Shown here: piece by piece, positions 31,185 to 41,201 of the stretch
Numbering within the stretch: the stretch's first letter is position 1
Layout: every line of letters starts with the position of its first letter
Virus record (IMG/VR): IMGVR_UViG_3300020048_000002
Source of the DNA: a virus
Taxonomy: Duplodnaviria > Caudoviricetes
Length of the DNA: 64,000 nucleotides
Direction: 5' to 3' (one strand)
Program-made: the position numbers and the translations under genes
Notes under the pieces: generated by a model
What the model was told of the DNA's origin: nothing
The model's input: the letters and a program-made list of their open reading frames with translations, nothing else
The model's database searches: none

Positions 31185-32345
31185 CTATATGATTCGTTCG
31201 TAGTCGCTGTTCCGGTTGGGGATCACCGGGTTTGTCGCGAAGAAGAGCTTCGACAGGACCGGCTGAATACCCGCCGTCGTCTCCGTTGCCTCCTGTACTA
31301 CCTTGGAGAACGTGAGCGGCAACGGGATATGGATCTCCCAGTCCGCTCGAAGCTGCAAACCGATCGAGGCGTTGTAGTAGTAGTTGTCCCCCGTCTCGTC
31401 GTAGACTTCTTCGGCCTCCCCGCCCATGGATATGTCTACGATTTCAATACCTTCGGTCTCTAGGAAGGGTTTGCGTTCCCCCCAAAGGTACATGACGACG
31501 AGATCGGCAATCTCCTCCATTTGGATGGGGTCCTGAGCGATGACGTCGAAGTCGAAGCTCACCTCGAACTTTCCACCGTACGCCTTTGCGGCCTCTACCC
31601 GATCCTCGTAGATGACCACGGCCACCTTGTCCCCCGTCTTGGCTCGCTTGCCAAAAGCCATGATGACGCCAGGAAGGGTCGTGTGGTCCGACTGGTTCCA
31701 GTAAAAGTCGATCGGCCCGATGCTGGGCACAGCGTAACGGTAGTCTGCCGTTAGGGTCGAAGAAGGCGCTACACGAACGGTCAAGGCCAAAGCCCCCGTC
31801 TTGTAGTTGACCGTGTAGTCTGTGCCCTCTTTGAGCAACGTGTTCTTGTTGACCCAGAGGCGAACCGTCCCTTGGACAGGGATGTTCTGAAGCTGCGCCT
31901 CACGTTCAATCCCAGACTCAAACCGCAAGACGGCTTCATCCGTGACCGTCAACAAGGGGTCCACGATGAACTGCCCTGGTTGTTGCGGGTTTTCAGGGGC
32001 TTGTAGGATCTCGATGTAGTAGATCCCAGGAGCCAAGGGAAATACATCCCCGTTGGCCTGAACCGCCATCAGGTCCTCTCGAACCCACTCGATCGGATAG
32101 GCCATCTCACCGACGTTGGTGAGCATGACGTGGCTCGACACGGTGCCCATGAAGTTGTCGCCGGAGAGCGCCACCTTGCTGGCGGACGCTCCCTTGACCA
32201 CAATCCCGAACTGGGGTCGCTCGTCGAAGGCGTACTTATTCTGAATCCAGGGGACGAGCTTGTTGTAGAGGGGGTGACGACTAAAGCTGTTCCTAAGCTC
32301 TAGGATCAACCTACGCTTGAGCGCCCCAATCAGGTAGTAGTAGAT
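31185..32345 (-). CDS. putative virion (tail completion-like) protein; probable non-canonical ATC start
   Basis: Long ORF next to the sheath; the frame stays open past the TTG at 32309 up to ATC-TAC-TAC-TAC, 6 nt after AAGGAAGG. Confidence 0.65.
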   Translation of the reverse strand: MYYYLIGALKRRLILELRNSFSRHPLYNKLVPWIQNKYAFDERPQFGIVVKGASASKVALSGDNFMGTVSSHVMLTNVGEMAYPIEWVREDLMAVQANGDVFPLAPGIYYIEILQAPENPQQPGQFIVDPLLTVTDEAVLRFESGIEREAQLQNIPVQGTVRLWVNKNTLLKEGTDYTVNYKTGALALTVRVAPSSTLTADYRYAVPSIGPIDFYWNQSDHTTLPGVIMAFGKRAKTGDKVAVVIYEDRVEAAKAYGGKFEVSFDFDVIAQDPIQMEEIADLVVMYLWGERKPFLETEGIEIVDISMGGEAEEVYDETGDNYYYNASIGLQLRADWEIHIPLPLTFSKVVQEATETTAGIQPVLSKLFFATNPVIPNRNSDYERII

Positions 32346-32644
32346 GGCGCACCTTCCTTACTGCATGACTCGGAGAGTCAAGTAGACCCATGAGCGGGAG
32401 AGGTTGAACTTCTTAGCGATGGCCCCGTTTCCATACCAATAAATATGGAAAAAGATAACAAAAAGCATGGTTTTTGATGGGTTTTGTGTAAATTTAAGGG
32501 ATCCTAGAATATGATAAATTATGAGTATTGAGGTGGGGATGATGAAGGAATTCTTACAGGTTTATTTGATCAGCTTGGTGGCAGGCATTCCGTGTTTCCT
32601 GCTTCTCCCCCTCTTTCATCTTCTCTTTAAAAATTCACCTAGGA

Positions 32645-33073
32645 TCAGGAAGTTGGTGGAACAACGAGGTCGGTGGGTTGCTGCTCGATGTACTCCGCTG
32701 CTGCCCGGAGAAGTTGGGGGTCATCTCGGAAGTGCCCTAGCCCGACGTTGCACTTGTGGCACAGCAAACCTCGAACGCGACCCGTCCCATGGTCGTGGTC
32801 GATGTGAATGAAGCGGCCAAACGGTTCCTCGCAGATCCGACACAAGCCATTCTGTTCAGCGAGAAGTTGCTGGTGTTGTTCAACTGTGAGGCCGTACTTC
32901 TTGAGACGGCTCCGTTCACGAGTCTCCTCCGCCGTAGCCTGATGGGTGTTCGCCCATTCTTTGCTTTTCTTGTTCACTTCCTCACTGTTTTGACGGTACC
33001 AAGCCTTGCGGCAGGCAACACATTGTCCCCACTTATTGCGTTCCGCCGACCCACACTTTCGACAAGGGTTCAT
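32645..33073 (-). CDS. endonuclease VII-family (HNH) homing endonuclease
   Basis: KKYGLT...QNGLCRIC...HIDHDHGTGRVRGLLCHKCNVGLG. Confidence 0.88.
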   Translation of the reverse strand: MNPCRKCGSAERNKWGQCVACRKAWYRQNSEEVNKKSKEWANTHQATAEETRERSRLKKYGLTVEQHQQLLAEQNGLCRICEEPFGRFIHIDHDHGTGRVRGLLCHKCNVGLGHFRDDPQLLRAAAEYIEQQPTDLVVPPTS

Positions 33074-33090
33074 GCCTCTTATCCCACCTC

Positions 33091-34089
33091 TTACTCCTCG
33101 CTGGCGAGAACGAGGAGACCCTCTGCTACAGCCGTCATCGGATCGGTTGCGAGTCGGATTTCCGAGATGGGGATGGGGAAGCCCTTCTTGTTGATCGACT
33201 GGAACTCGTCCTTGAACACGTCGAGGAAGCCACCAGCCCGAGTCGTACCGCCCGATACCACGAAGGGGATGGGCTCCGGCAGATCGATGGTCGTCCGAGC
33301 GTTCTTGAACTGGACGGCAATGTTCTCCAGCGTGTACCGGATGAGGGCTCGAATGTAGAGAGCGATGGCCTCTTCATCACGTCCCTTGGGGTTCGCCAAA
33401 TCGACCCCCTTCTCCTTGATCGAGCACATGCGGGCCGACGTCGAACCCATCGCCTTGGCGGCGTTGCGGTCAATCCAGTCGCCACCACGGGCGAGAGAGA
33501 AGTCGAGACCCTTCACGGTCTGATAGGCCAGGGCAGCGTTGCACATGCCGGAGCCATAGGAGACGGCCAGGCCACTGAACTGCTCAGCAGCACACTGGCT
33601 GTAGATGATGGCCATCGCCTCATTCATCGGGTGTGGCGTGTAGCCATGCTCCGAGACGATCTTGCGGAAGACCTCCGTGTGGTAGATCACGTCCTGGTCA
33701 GGATCGTCGATGGGAGCCGCAGGCACCGAATAGTAGCAGTGCTCACCATCGGAGACCGGCTCACCAAGTACGTTGTGGATGAGGAGGCTCAGGATTTCCT
33801 GGGCTTCGATCTCACCCGCCGAGATGACACCTCGGCTGAGAGGGCGGCGGGCTTCCCGCTTGAACAGGTTGGCCATGGTCATGGCCGAGTCGCCAAGAAC
33901 GATGAGGTTGTCGTCCTTCTCAACGTAGTTGACCTTGCTTAGCCGAAGAGTCTTTTTGGCGTCTGCTTCGAGGTCAATGAAGGCGTCACGGACGCGCTTC
34001 GTCTCGACCTTATCCCCGTTCATGCGGGCCGAGACGATGTTCATGGTTCCGATGTCGAGGCCGACACCCGCTTTCATCTGTTTGCTCAT
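33091..34089 (-). CDS. actin-like ATPase (MreB/FtsA/ParM superfamily)
   Basis: GLDIGT, RRPLSRG, NEAMA, SYGSG, GGDWID, VSGGT and AVAEGL motifs. Confidence 0.82.
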   Translation of the reverse strand: MSKQMKAGVGLDIGTMNIVSARMNGDKVETKRVRDAFIDLEADAKKTLRLSKVNYVEKDDNLIVLGDSAMTMANLFKREARRPLSRGVISAGEIEAQEILSLLIHNVLGEPVSDGEHCYYSVPAAPIDDPDQDVIYHTEVFRKIVSEHGYTPHPMNEAMAIIYSQCAAEQFSGLAVSYGSGMCNAALAYQTVKGLDFSLARGGDWIDRNAAKAMGSTSARMCSIKEKGVDLANPKGRDEEAIALYIRALIRYTLENIAVQFKNARTTIDLPEPIPFVVSGGTTRAGGFLDVFKDEFQSINKKGFPIPISEIRLATDPMTAVAEGLLVLASEE

Positions 34090-34224
34090 CTGGGTTTCCT
34101 TCTTTCGTCGGCCCTTGCCCTTCGGCTTCGGCCCGTCATTCCATACCGCTGCACAAAGATCCTCGAAATCCGGATCGAAAGAATCTGCGGATTTCGAGGT
34201 CATGTGCGACGGCAATGTTCGTGG

Positions 34225-34968
34225 TTACTTGGAGGGCTGCCCCACCGCCCCAACAAAACGAGAGGCTACACGATGAGACATGGCCTCGTGTCCGGCGGTC
34301 TTCATCTGAGTGCGCTGCTTGAGCAGGTAAACAAGCTCCTCTTGCTTGTCGGCAATCCCTTGGAGCAAGTTGTCGGTCCCGTTCGAGAGCTGACCCTTGA
34401 CCTCTAGCGCGTCGTACGTCTTTTGGAGGACCGCAAGAGACGTAAGTACCGCTTGGAGCGAAAGGAGCGGCAGCTCACTCGCTTCGGGGTTGATGGGGGC
34501 CGTTGCGTAGAACAGCTTACTGAACGCTTCAACCTGTTCGATCTGAACCATGGGCTGAACGAACATGTGCCCACAAGACCCTACGACACGCTCAGCAAGC
34601 CCGTCGATAAAGCCGTCAACGGCCTCATAGATCCGCATGAAAAGCTGATGATCCCCGTAGTAGTTGGCTCCACGGGTTTGCCAGTGGTGGGCCTGGTGAA
34701 TCATCGCCTCTGCACGGATGCAGGCGAGAAGTACGGCAAGTTCACCCATGGGGGCTTCACCGTACTTCTGTAGACACCCGTCGAACAAGGCCGCGAGGTC
34801 CGGTCCGATTTCTTCCTGCGCCTTCTTGATCATCACACGCACCTCCGCCTTGGTCGTACCTGCTACCTTCCCGCCCGTCTGGTGTGGGAGGTAAGGAGGT
34901 CCGTCCGTCATGGGATCGTAGCTCAAGGGATCTAGCCAGATGGCTCGGGTTGCGTGTGCGGGGTCCAT
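34225..34968 (-). CDS. ferritin/Dps-like protein with C-terminal RVASRF tag
   Basis: HQAHHWQTRGANYYGDHQLFMRIYE...DGLAER. Confidence 0.75.
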   Translation of the reverse strand: MDPAHATRAIWLDPLSYDPMTDGPPYLPHQTGGKVAGTTKAEVRVMIKKAQEEIGPDLAALFDGCLQKYGEAPMGELAVLLACIRAEAMIHQAHHWQTRGANYYGDHQLFMRIYEAVDGFIDGLAERVVGSCGHMFVQPMVQIEQVEAFSKLFYATAPINPEASELPLLSLQAVLTSLAVLQKTYDALEVKGQLSNGTDNLLQGIADKQEELVYLLKQRTQMKTAGHEAMSHRVASRFVGAVGQPSK

Positions 34969-34970
34969 GA

Positions 34971-35279
34971 TCAGTCCTCGCCCTGGAGCATCGCAAGAAG
35001 GGCAGCCTTCTTGGACTTCTGCGCCTTCTGAGCCTTGGCGTCGTCCTTCATCTCCTTGCCGACCTCCGAGAGAGTGTCCTTCTCGGGCTTGGCCGTGAAG
35101 GTCTTGCCCGTATAGGGCGAACGCACGCCCGTGGTCTTCTTCTCGGTGAGGTAGAAGTCCTTGTTCGTCTCTGGGCAGGTGTACTTGAACAGTACGGGGG
35201 CTCCAGACTTGCCCTTGGCGGCAATCTTGGACGAGACCTCTTCGGCGTAGTTGAGTAGAGCGGCCTGGCGGGTGTGCAT
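34971..35279 (-). CDS. basic hypothetical protein
   Basis: AAGGAG RBS, starts MHTRQAALL. Confidence 0.7.
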   Translation of the reverse strand: MHTRQAALLNYAEEVSSKIAAKGKSGAPVLFKYTCPETNKDFYLTEKKTTGVRSPYTGKTFTAKPEKDTLSEVGKEMKDDAKAQKAQKSKKAALLAMLQGED

Positions 35280-35317
35280 GGAAAACTCCTTACCGTGGAC
35301 ACATGACGAAAAGACTA

Positions 35318-35911
35318 TCACTGGCCCTTGCGAAATTTCCGCAGGGCGCTCGCGGCTGACCCGAGATTCGACGCCTCCGAGGTCGATGCTTCGACCTCGG
35401 TAATACGACCCTCGATGTCCTTGGGTTTGATCTCGGTCGGAATGAAAGCGGGTACGTCCACTTCAACCACGGCCGTGCTCTTGGGCCGCAACGGAGTGAC
35501 CGTACCGGCACTCGGAGCCGCCACCACGGGGATGCCCGACTTCAAGATGCTCAGGATCTCATCGATCTTGGCTTGAGGCATGGCGGGCTGCGCCCGCTCT
35601 TGCTCCAACTGAGCAAGTGTGGCTCGCAACTGAGCGTTCTCAGCTTCAAGCTGCTTGCATCGGTCGAGCAAGAGATCTTGGTTGGGCTTCGGCAAGGAGA
35701 CAACGGGTCGTTGAACCGTCCCAGCGGCCCCGGGGTGAAGCTGGAACACCCGCCGTTGGGAGATCGCACGCCAAAGGTCCTTCGACATCGTTGCACGGTC
35801 CGCTGGAATCGTCACCACGGCACGGTGAGGCACGTCCATGCCGATGTCGTACAATACCGTGGTTGTCGTATCGAGCCCGACAACCGTCACGTCTCCTACC
35901 ATGGGTTTCAT
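35318..35911 (-). CDS. hypothetical coiled-coil protein
   Basis: Start MKPMVGD overlaps the upstream stop. Confidence 0.65.
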   Translation of the reverse strand: MKPMVGDVTVVGLDTTTTVLYDIGMDVPHRAVVTIPADRATMSKDLWRAISQRRVFQLHPGAAGTVQRPVVSLPKPNQDLLLDRCKQLEAENAQLRATLAQLEQERAQPAMPQAKIDEILSILKSGIPVVAAPSAGTVTPLRPKSTAVVEVDVPAFIPTEIKPKDIEGRITEVEASTSEASNLGSAASALRKFRKGQ

Positions 35912-36447
35912 TTGAGCTTGTTCTGGATTTGCCCGACAATGTTCTTCAGGAGCTTCTTCTGGACCACGGCTCGGGCTTCTTTCTTGGCCAAGTCCATGAC
36001 ATCGAAAATGGGACGCCCAGGGTGAATCCACTTACCGTCCGCCATCGACTTCGCCGTGGCCGAACGGAAAATGACCTGGCCCGTCTCGGTGACAATCGGA
36101 ATCGGAGCACGGGCTCTCTTGAGCCACTTCATCTGCCCCTTCTTCTGCCCGTTGACAAGGTAGTTCCAGAGGGGGTCCTTGGCGACGATCCGAATGCTGT
36201 TGGGGTAAGACTTTACAGCCAAAGCCTTGGCGAGCCTCTTTTTCGCAGCATCGGAAAAAGCCGACTGCTTGAGCTTCTGTCGAACCTTCTTCAGAATCTC
36301 TTTCCCGAGAGCGGCAAGAGCGGACTCAACGTCCACCCCGTCCACCATCTTGGCGAGGGGTGCGCTGTACGCACTCGTCACCTTACTCTCGAAAGCCCAC
36401 TTTTTCTTGTACTGGGCCTTCTTTGCTGCATCTAAGTTGAGCGCCAT
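35908..36447 (-). CDS. basic virion morphogenesis / neck-like protein
   Basis: Lys-rich, C-terminal WIHPG motif, GAGGT RBS. Confidence 0.6.
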   Translation of the reverse strand: MALNLDAAKKAQYKKKWAFESKVTSAYSAPLAKMVDGVDVESALAALGKEILKKVRQKLKQSAFSDAAKKRLAKALAVKSYPNSIRIVAKDPLWNYLVNGQKKGQMKWLKRARAPIPIVTETGQVIFRSATAKSMADGKWIHPGRPIFDVMDLAKKEARAVVQKKLLKNIVGQIQNKLK

Positions 36448-37415
36448 CCGACCCACCTCTCTAATTTCAAATGCCACAACCGAAAGATGCGCTCACCTAA
36501 AACAGCTCTCTTAAGAACCCGCTGTAAATGATCAGCCGCCCACCCTTGGTTGATCTCAGACTCAGAGTACCGGACAACCGAGTAACCCGCTGCAAAGTAG
36601 GCTTCAGCCGTAACAACATCATCCCTTGTGCGCTCTTCTGGGTTGAACATGGCCCGAGGCCCATGAAAGGCTTCTCCATCACATAGGATTACTAGCTTGT
36701 GCTCGGGGCCAACGCTAATTTTGATGTCGGCTTCTCTTGGGACCATCCGACCAAGGACAGGTAAAGACTGCCACTCATTAAGTCGAAAATCCCACCCAAC
36801 CAAGACCTCAGATAGTTTCTTCTCTAAAGGGGATGCTTTTCGATAACGCTGAAAAAAGAGAGCCTTATCTTCAGGGGACAACTTGGCGTATTTGGAGTGG
36901 GCCGAACGAATATTACGCTGGCCCGTGATGCTTTTCTTGTGGGAGGCCCAATTTTGATACCCTTCGACACCGAGAATTCGCTCCCCTATTTCCCTGAAAG
37001 TCTTGTAGGGGATCGCGTTCTGCCTTAGTATCGATTGGACGGGCTCTCCCTTTTCAATAGCAGCGCCAATTTTTGATTGGAGATCATCTTGCAACTTTAG
37101 GGGATGGTTGAACCGCCTCTTAGCCGCATCTCGATCTTTAGCTGTAGGTAATGCTTCGTAGGCACGCTTGCTCAAAGTCTCACGCAGCAATTGACACTTC
37201 AAGCAACGTTTTTTGTTGCCCTCTTGCTTCTGTGTGGACACCCACACAACACCGCATTTTCGACATTGGACTTGAACTTCGTATGAAGCTCGCCACTCTT
37301 TGGCAAATTCTTGGTGGGCCTCATCTTTATTGTGTCTGAGGTGCCCACCCAAACTGCGCGCACTACGAGTAACCTTACCGCACACCTTACAAGAGCCTAT
37401 GTACTGCATCCACAA
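36432..37415 (-). CDS. putative homing endonuclease (zinc finger + DUF559/Vsr-like nuclease)
   Basis: CKVC, SPLEKKL, EADI...CDGEAFH...GYSVVRY; AT-richer than its neighbours. Confidence 0.72.
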   Translation of the reverse strand: MWMQYIGSCKVCGKVTRSARSLGGHLRHNKDEAHQEFAKEWRASYEVQVQCRKCGVVWVSTQKQEGNKKRCLKCQLLRETLSKRAYEALPTAKDRDAAKRRFNHPLKLQDDLQSKIGAAIEKGEPVQSILRQNAIPYKTFREIGERILGVEGYQNWASHKKSITGQRNIRSAHSKYAKLSPEDKALFFQRYRKASPLEKKLSEVLVGWDFRLNEWQSLPVLGRMVPREADIKISVGPEHKLVILCDGEAFHGPRAMFNPEERTRDDVVTAEAYFAAGYSVVRYSESEINQGWAADHLQRVLKRAVLGERIFRLWHLKLERWVGWRST

Positions 37416-38799
37416 GGGGTAAGGCTAAAAGAAGAACACCGTACACCGTGTTCTCCCAAGCTAGCGTTCGGCCGCGAAGCTCTCGTTCGTCCGGAATGTT
37501 CGGCTTGTCCGTAATCGGTGTCGGGCCACCTTGCTCGGGAGGCTCCGGTCCGAACTGGACGGCTGCAAACCGGAGCGGGTCTCCCATCGGCACCTTGTAA
37601 CGGATGTCCTTCTCATCGAGAATCCCGATGTTGAAGTGCTGCTGGAGGACCATGCCACGGTTCGTTGGCATTCTCACCGCACCGATGCTGTACCGCTCAC
37701 CGTTGATCTTCACGAGGAAATCTCGTTGACTCAACAGGGGCATAGGACCTGTCCACACCTCGTACGTGTGTTCGACCGTTCTGCCGATGTCCTTCTGAGC
37801 GACTCTGCGTTCTGCATCGTCGGGGGCCACAATGGTTTCGTAAGGCCCCTCGTACCCGCCGAGGAACCCTGTCCCATAGCACCGGAGGCAATCCGCTTGC
37901 GGTTGCTTGTGGTAGAAATCCGGTACGCAAGGGCAAGGGATTCCCGTGTGCTTCTTCAGGAACACACGGACACGCTCCCCACCCTGCTCCAAGATCCAAC
38001 GGTTTCGTCGAACCGCTTCTCGCCACATGTAGTCGAGCTTCTCTTTCTCGAAGTTCGATGTGGCGACCGCCTTGTCCAAAGGAGTCTCGACAAAGTCGTC
38101 CGACGAGACACACGAAAGGTCGCAACCATGGGGGATCGCAACGGACGTGACCCGGTAGAACACTCGCTGGTTCAAGTCCGTCTTGAGGAACGAGCGCATA
38201 CGACGGTACGTCACACGTACGTCGTCCTCGGGGCTCAACGGCAGAACCACCGGATCGAGGTTCTGGGTCTTGACGTTCGGAAACCTTCGAGAGTCGAGCT
38301 GGATCTCTCCCGTAGACCCCTCGATGCTAAAAACCTTCGCCAACTGCCCCCGAATGAAAACTCGGACGTCCTCGGGGTTATTGGCTAAGAGGTTCTGACT
38401 CCCCGACTGAACAATGGGGGAGTAGATGGTGCGAAAGATGTACCGGACCATCTGAGACTCAGAGGTCGGTAACCCAAAACTCACCCACTTGTCAGGGGCG
38501 ACAATCTCGTCAGGGATGAGTTCAACATCCGTTTGGTCCCGCCAAAAAGTCGAGCCAATCGGTACCTCGTTGACACGGTAGTAGGGACCATACTCCGAGT
38601 CAAAGCTACGGTAGACATTGATCCCGACAATGTTCCACCCGGAGTTGAGGGTAAGGATTGCCGGGTCATCCCACCGGAGATCAAAAACCCCTGGCCTCCA
38701 CCCGCTTGTGAGAAACAAGTTGAGCGGGGGTGCAGGCCAGGGAGTTTTCGTCCACTCTAGCGCAGCGGTGTTTCGGTCACGGTTCGTAGAGTAGGACAT
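37387..38799 (-). CDS. putative virion (head-tail connector region) protein
   Basis: FN3-like N-terminus and CPC...CLRCYGTGFLGGY motif, within the structural module. Confidence 0.6.
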   Translation of the reverse strand: MSYSTNRDRNTAALEWTKTPWPAPPLNLFLTSGWRPGVFDLRWDDPAILTLNSGWNIVGINVYRSFDSEYGPYYRVNEVPIGSTFWRDQTDVELIPDEIVAPDKWVSFGLPTSESQMVRYIFRTIYSPIVQSGSQNLLANNPEDVRVFIRGQLAKVFSIEGSTGEIQLDSRRFPNVKTQNLDPVVLPLSPEDDVRVTYRRMRSFLKTDLNQRVFYRVTSVAIPHGCDLSCVSSDDFVETPLDKAVATSNFEKEKLDYMWREAVRRNRWILEQGGERVRVFLKKHTGIPCPCVPDFYHKQPQADCLRCYGTGFLGGYEGPYETIVAPDDAERRVAQKDIGRTVEHTYEVWTGPMPLLSQRDFLVKINGERYSIGAVRMPTNRGMVLQQHFNIGILDEKDIRYKVPMGDPLRFAAVQFGPEPPEQGGPTPITDKPNIPDERELRGRTLAWENTVYGVLLLALPLVDAVHRLL

Positions 38800-38834
38800 A
38801 ACCCCTCTACTTAGATCCGTGACAAGGAGAAGTG

Positions 38835-39158
38835 TCAGGAAGCGGGGGAGGCTTCCTTGGCTTCAGGGGCAGCAGGTTGAGGTGCCTGGGGACGTAGAAC
38901 ACGGATGTTCCCCGTCTGAGCCTCGATCTCCACGGGGGTCGTCGGAGAAAGCCCACGGTCCATGAGCACCTTCTCGAACAGGCGGCCACGCTCCTCGTCG
39001 ACTCGATTGGCCGCCACAAGGAGCTTCACCTTGTCCTGCTCCATCTCCAAGAGCCGTTCAGCGATGTCGAACCGAGCAGCACCCAGCTCTTCGAGCTTCT
39101 TGCGCGTCTCGGGGTCGACCGGATCGCTCGGGGTCAGTTTCTTCGTCTCACCACTCAT
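38835..39158 (-). CDS. hypothetical coiled-coil protein
   Basis: GGAG RBS, starts MSGETKK. Confidence 0.65.
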   Translation of the reverse strand: MSGETKKLTPSDPVDPETRKKLEELGAARFDIAERLLEMEQDKVKLLVAANRVDEERGRLFEKVLMDRGLSPTTPVEIEAQTGNIRVLRPQAPQPAAPEAKEASPAS

Positions 39159-39171
39159 TTTTTCTCCGGAC

Positions 39172-39201
39172 GTTGATTTGGAAGGGTCGAGAGTCGTACT
39201 A
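39172..39201 (+). promoter_or_regulatory. conserved promoter, copy 4
   Basis: GTTGATTTGGAAGGGTCGAGAGTCGTACTA. Confidence 0.68.
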
Positions 39202-39218
39202 GGAGGGAGGAATCCCCC

Positions 39219-39515
39219 ATGTACACGATTCAAGAGCTTTCTACAACTTTGGACGATCTCACAGAAGGAGGGCTCTACGCCCTCAACTACGTAGCCAAAA
39301 ACGAGGGGCTCACACCCTTCGTATGGGCCACACCGGATGGTACTGAAAGCGTTATCCTGTTCGTCGGGCTCGATGCTCAGGGTCGAGTCCAGTACTTCGA
39401 CTACGCTCGTACACCGAGCGACACACAGAGAGATGAACAGATCCGCACCTTGGCCACGAAACGAGAGCACACAAGTACACCGAAGAAGCGCCTGTCCACG
39501 ACAGGGTGGAACTAG
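39219..39515 (+). CDS. hypothetical protein
   Basis: GGAGG RBS downstream of promoter copy 4. Confidence 0.65.
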   Translation: MYTIQELSTTLDDLTEGGLYALNYVAKNEGLTPFVWATPDGTESVILFVGLDAQGRVQYFDYARTPSDTQRDEQIRTLATKREHTSTPKKRLSTTGWN

Positions 39516-39838
39516 ACTCGGTGGACTCGCTTCTTCAAGAGGCGTAAAAACGCGGCGAAGAAGTGAGGGTTGAGGTCATTCTTCCGGAGAACTCTGCGAA
39601 ACTCCGGTACAGCCAGGATGGCCTTAGCTGTCAGGTCCGTCGGTGCAAACCTCTTGAGACGACGGAACAGAGCTAGCCCACGAGGGTTGGGGCGGTTCTT
39701 CCAGACCGAGCACAGTCTCCGATGCTTCTGGTATTGCCGGTAAGTGGGGAACCGCTTCTCACATAGGCAAGGGTGCAGGATGAGCGGCGGCCTCGAACCA
39801 GGCTTCCGCCGCCTACCTCCCTTACGTCGTCGTACCAC
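39512..39838 (-). CDS. basic zinc-finger hypothetical protein
   Basis: CLC...HRRLC, resembling the N-terminal motif of the 39883 gene; GGTGTA motif upstream. Confidence 0.55.
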   Translation of the reverse strand: MVRRRKGGRRRKPGSRPPLILHPCLCEKRFPTYRQYQKHRRLCSVWKNRPNPRGLALFRRLKRFAPTDLTAKAILAVPEFRRVLRKNDLNPHFFAAFLRLLKKRVHRV

Positions 39839-39882
39839 GGGGTAGGTCTACACCTTCTGACGTTGGTTGAGTAGACGGCAAG

Positions 39883-41133
39883 TCACGCAAGTAACCCTAG
39901 AAACGATGTGACTCGGCGAAGCACCTCTTCTTCGCACGCCTTCACTTCACTCTCCCATACGATGAGACAGTCGATTCCGATGTCTTGGTAGGCTTCGACG
40001 AGTTCCCGCTCGTGCTCAAAGTTAGCCTTCCCTGTGAACATGCGGGAGTGCCAGTAGTTGCCGAACAGCTCGACTACCTTGGTGACACCGTGCTTCGGTT
40101 TGGAAGAGTCAGGCCCAGGGAGGATGAAGTCCGGGTTCTTGTGGTGCCCTAGTTTTGGAAGCCATCTCCAGAAACCTCCATCTCCCGTGTAAAGAAGAGT
40201 GGGGAAGTGAGCGGCGAACCGCACTTCGAGTTGGTTTGGGGTACCTTTGCCCCCGGCGTTAACCAAAGCCTTGAAAGCGATTTCCGGTACCTGCATAGGA
40301 TGCGGAACGCCGTACTTTTGCATGAAGATAGACCGTAGAGTCTCTTTCCCAATATCCGATCCGAAGTAATGAGCCCCGTAGTGATCAAGCATGGTTTCAA
40401 GCTGCTTCTGTCGCACTTCGGGAAGCATCGAAGTCCATTCAACACCCCATCGCTCCAAGTTCGTCTGGCGAGCCTTCTCATTGACCTCGGGAGAACACGA
40501 AGGGGCGGGGCCACCATACCGTTCAAGATTGGTAGCTTTGATGCGCTCTCGAATCACAGGTGCCGCCAATGCTTCCTCGGTCCCGTATCGCTCTAGGTTT
40601 GTGGCCTTGGTCTTTGAGCGTACCTCGGGCCTTTGGTTCGGGTTCTCAACACCGTACCGCTCAAGGTTTGCCTGGCGGATCTTCGCTTGAACCTCGGGAC
40701 GAGCAAAAGGATTGTCCGCTCCCCTCATTATGGGCCGATAGGGTGCAGATGCCGCTTGAACCCCATCAAAGAGTTTAGACTCGCGGCTAAAGACATTCTC
40801 TGCCCCATACCGCTCAAGGTTTGTGGTCTTCCGCTTGTCTTCCGCACCGGGAACACGAGATGGGTGCGTGACCCCCTCCCCGTACCGTTGCTCCAACGTA
40901 CCGGCAAGACGGGACATCTGAACCTCACCGCGATCCCGTCCCTTCCAAGTCGAGCACACAGACCGGTGCCGCTTCATCTGCGTGAGCGACGTCGTCTCAT
41001 GCCCGCAAAGACACGAAAGGGGTTTCGTGTCACCAATCGTGAGCCGCCATCCCGCACACGCTGCTTTGTGTCGTGAGTTGATGGTGTCGGACTTTGGAAA
41101 ATGTGTCTGACAATGCGGGCATGTGACGGGCAT
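39883..41133 (-). CDS. putative homing endonuclease with TNLERYG repeats
   Basis: About five (T/A)NLER(Y/W)G repeats plus NPDF...VVELFGNYWH...IVWESE nuclease; TTGACT-17-TATCTT promoter 7 nt before the ATG. Confidence 0.75.
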   Translation of the reverse strand: MPVTCPHCQTHFPKSDTINSRHKAACAGWRLTIGDTKPLSCLCGHETTSLTQMKRHRSVCSTWKGRDRGEVQMSRLAGTLEQRYGEGVTHPSRVPGAEDKRKTTNLERYGAENVFSRESKLFDGVQAASAPYRPIMRGADNPFARPEVQAKIRQANLERYGVENPNQRPEVRSKTKATNLERYGTEEALAAPVIRERIKATNLERYGGPAPSCSPEVNEKARQTNLERWGVEWTSMLPEVRQKQLETMLDHYGAHYFGSDIGKETLRSIFMQKYGVPHPMQVPEIAFKALVNAGGKGTPNQLEVRFAAHFPTLLYTGDGGFWRWLPKLGHHKNPDFILPGPDSSKPKHGVTKVVELFGNYWHSRMFTGKANFEHERELVEAYQDIGIDCLIVWESEVKACEEEVLRRVTSFLGLLA

Positions 41134-41201
41134 TAACCGTAAGATACGACCGGCACAAGCAAAAGTCAACCGACTTTATGGGGTTACTACCCCACTACCA
41201 A

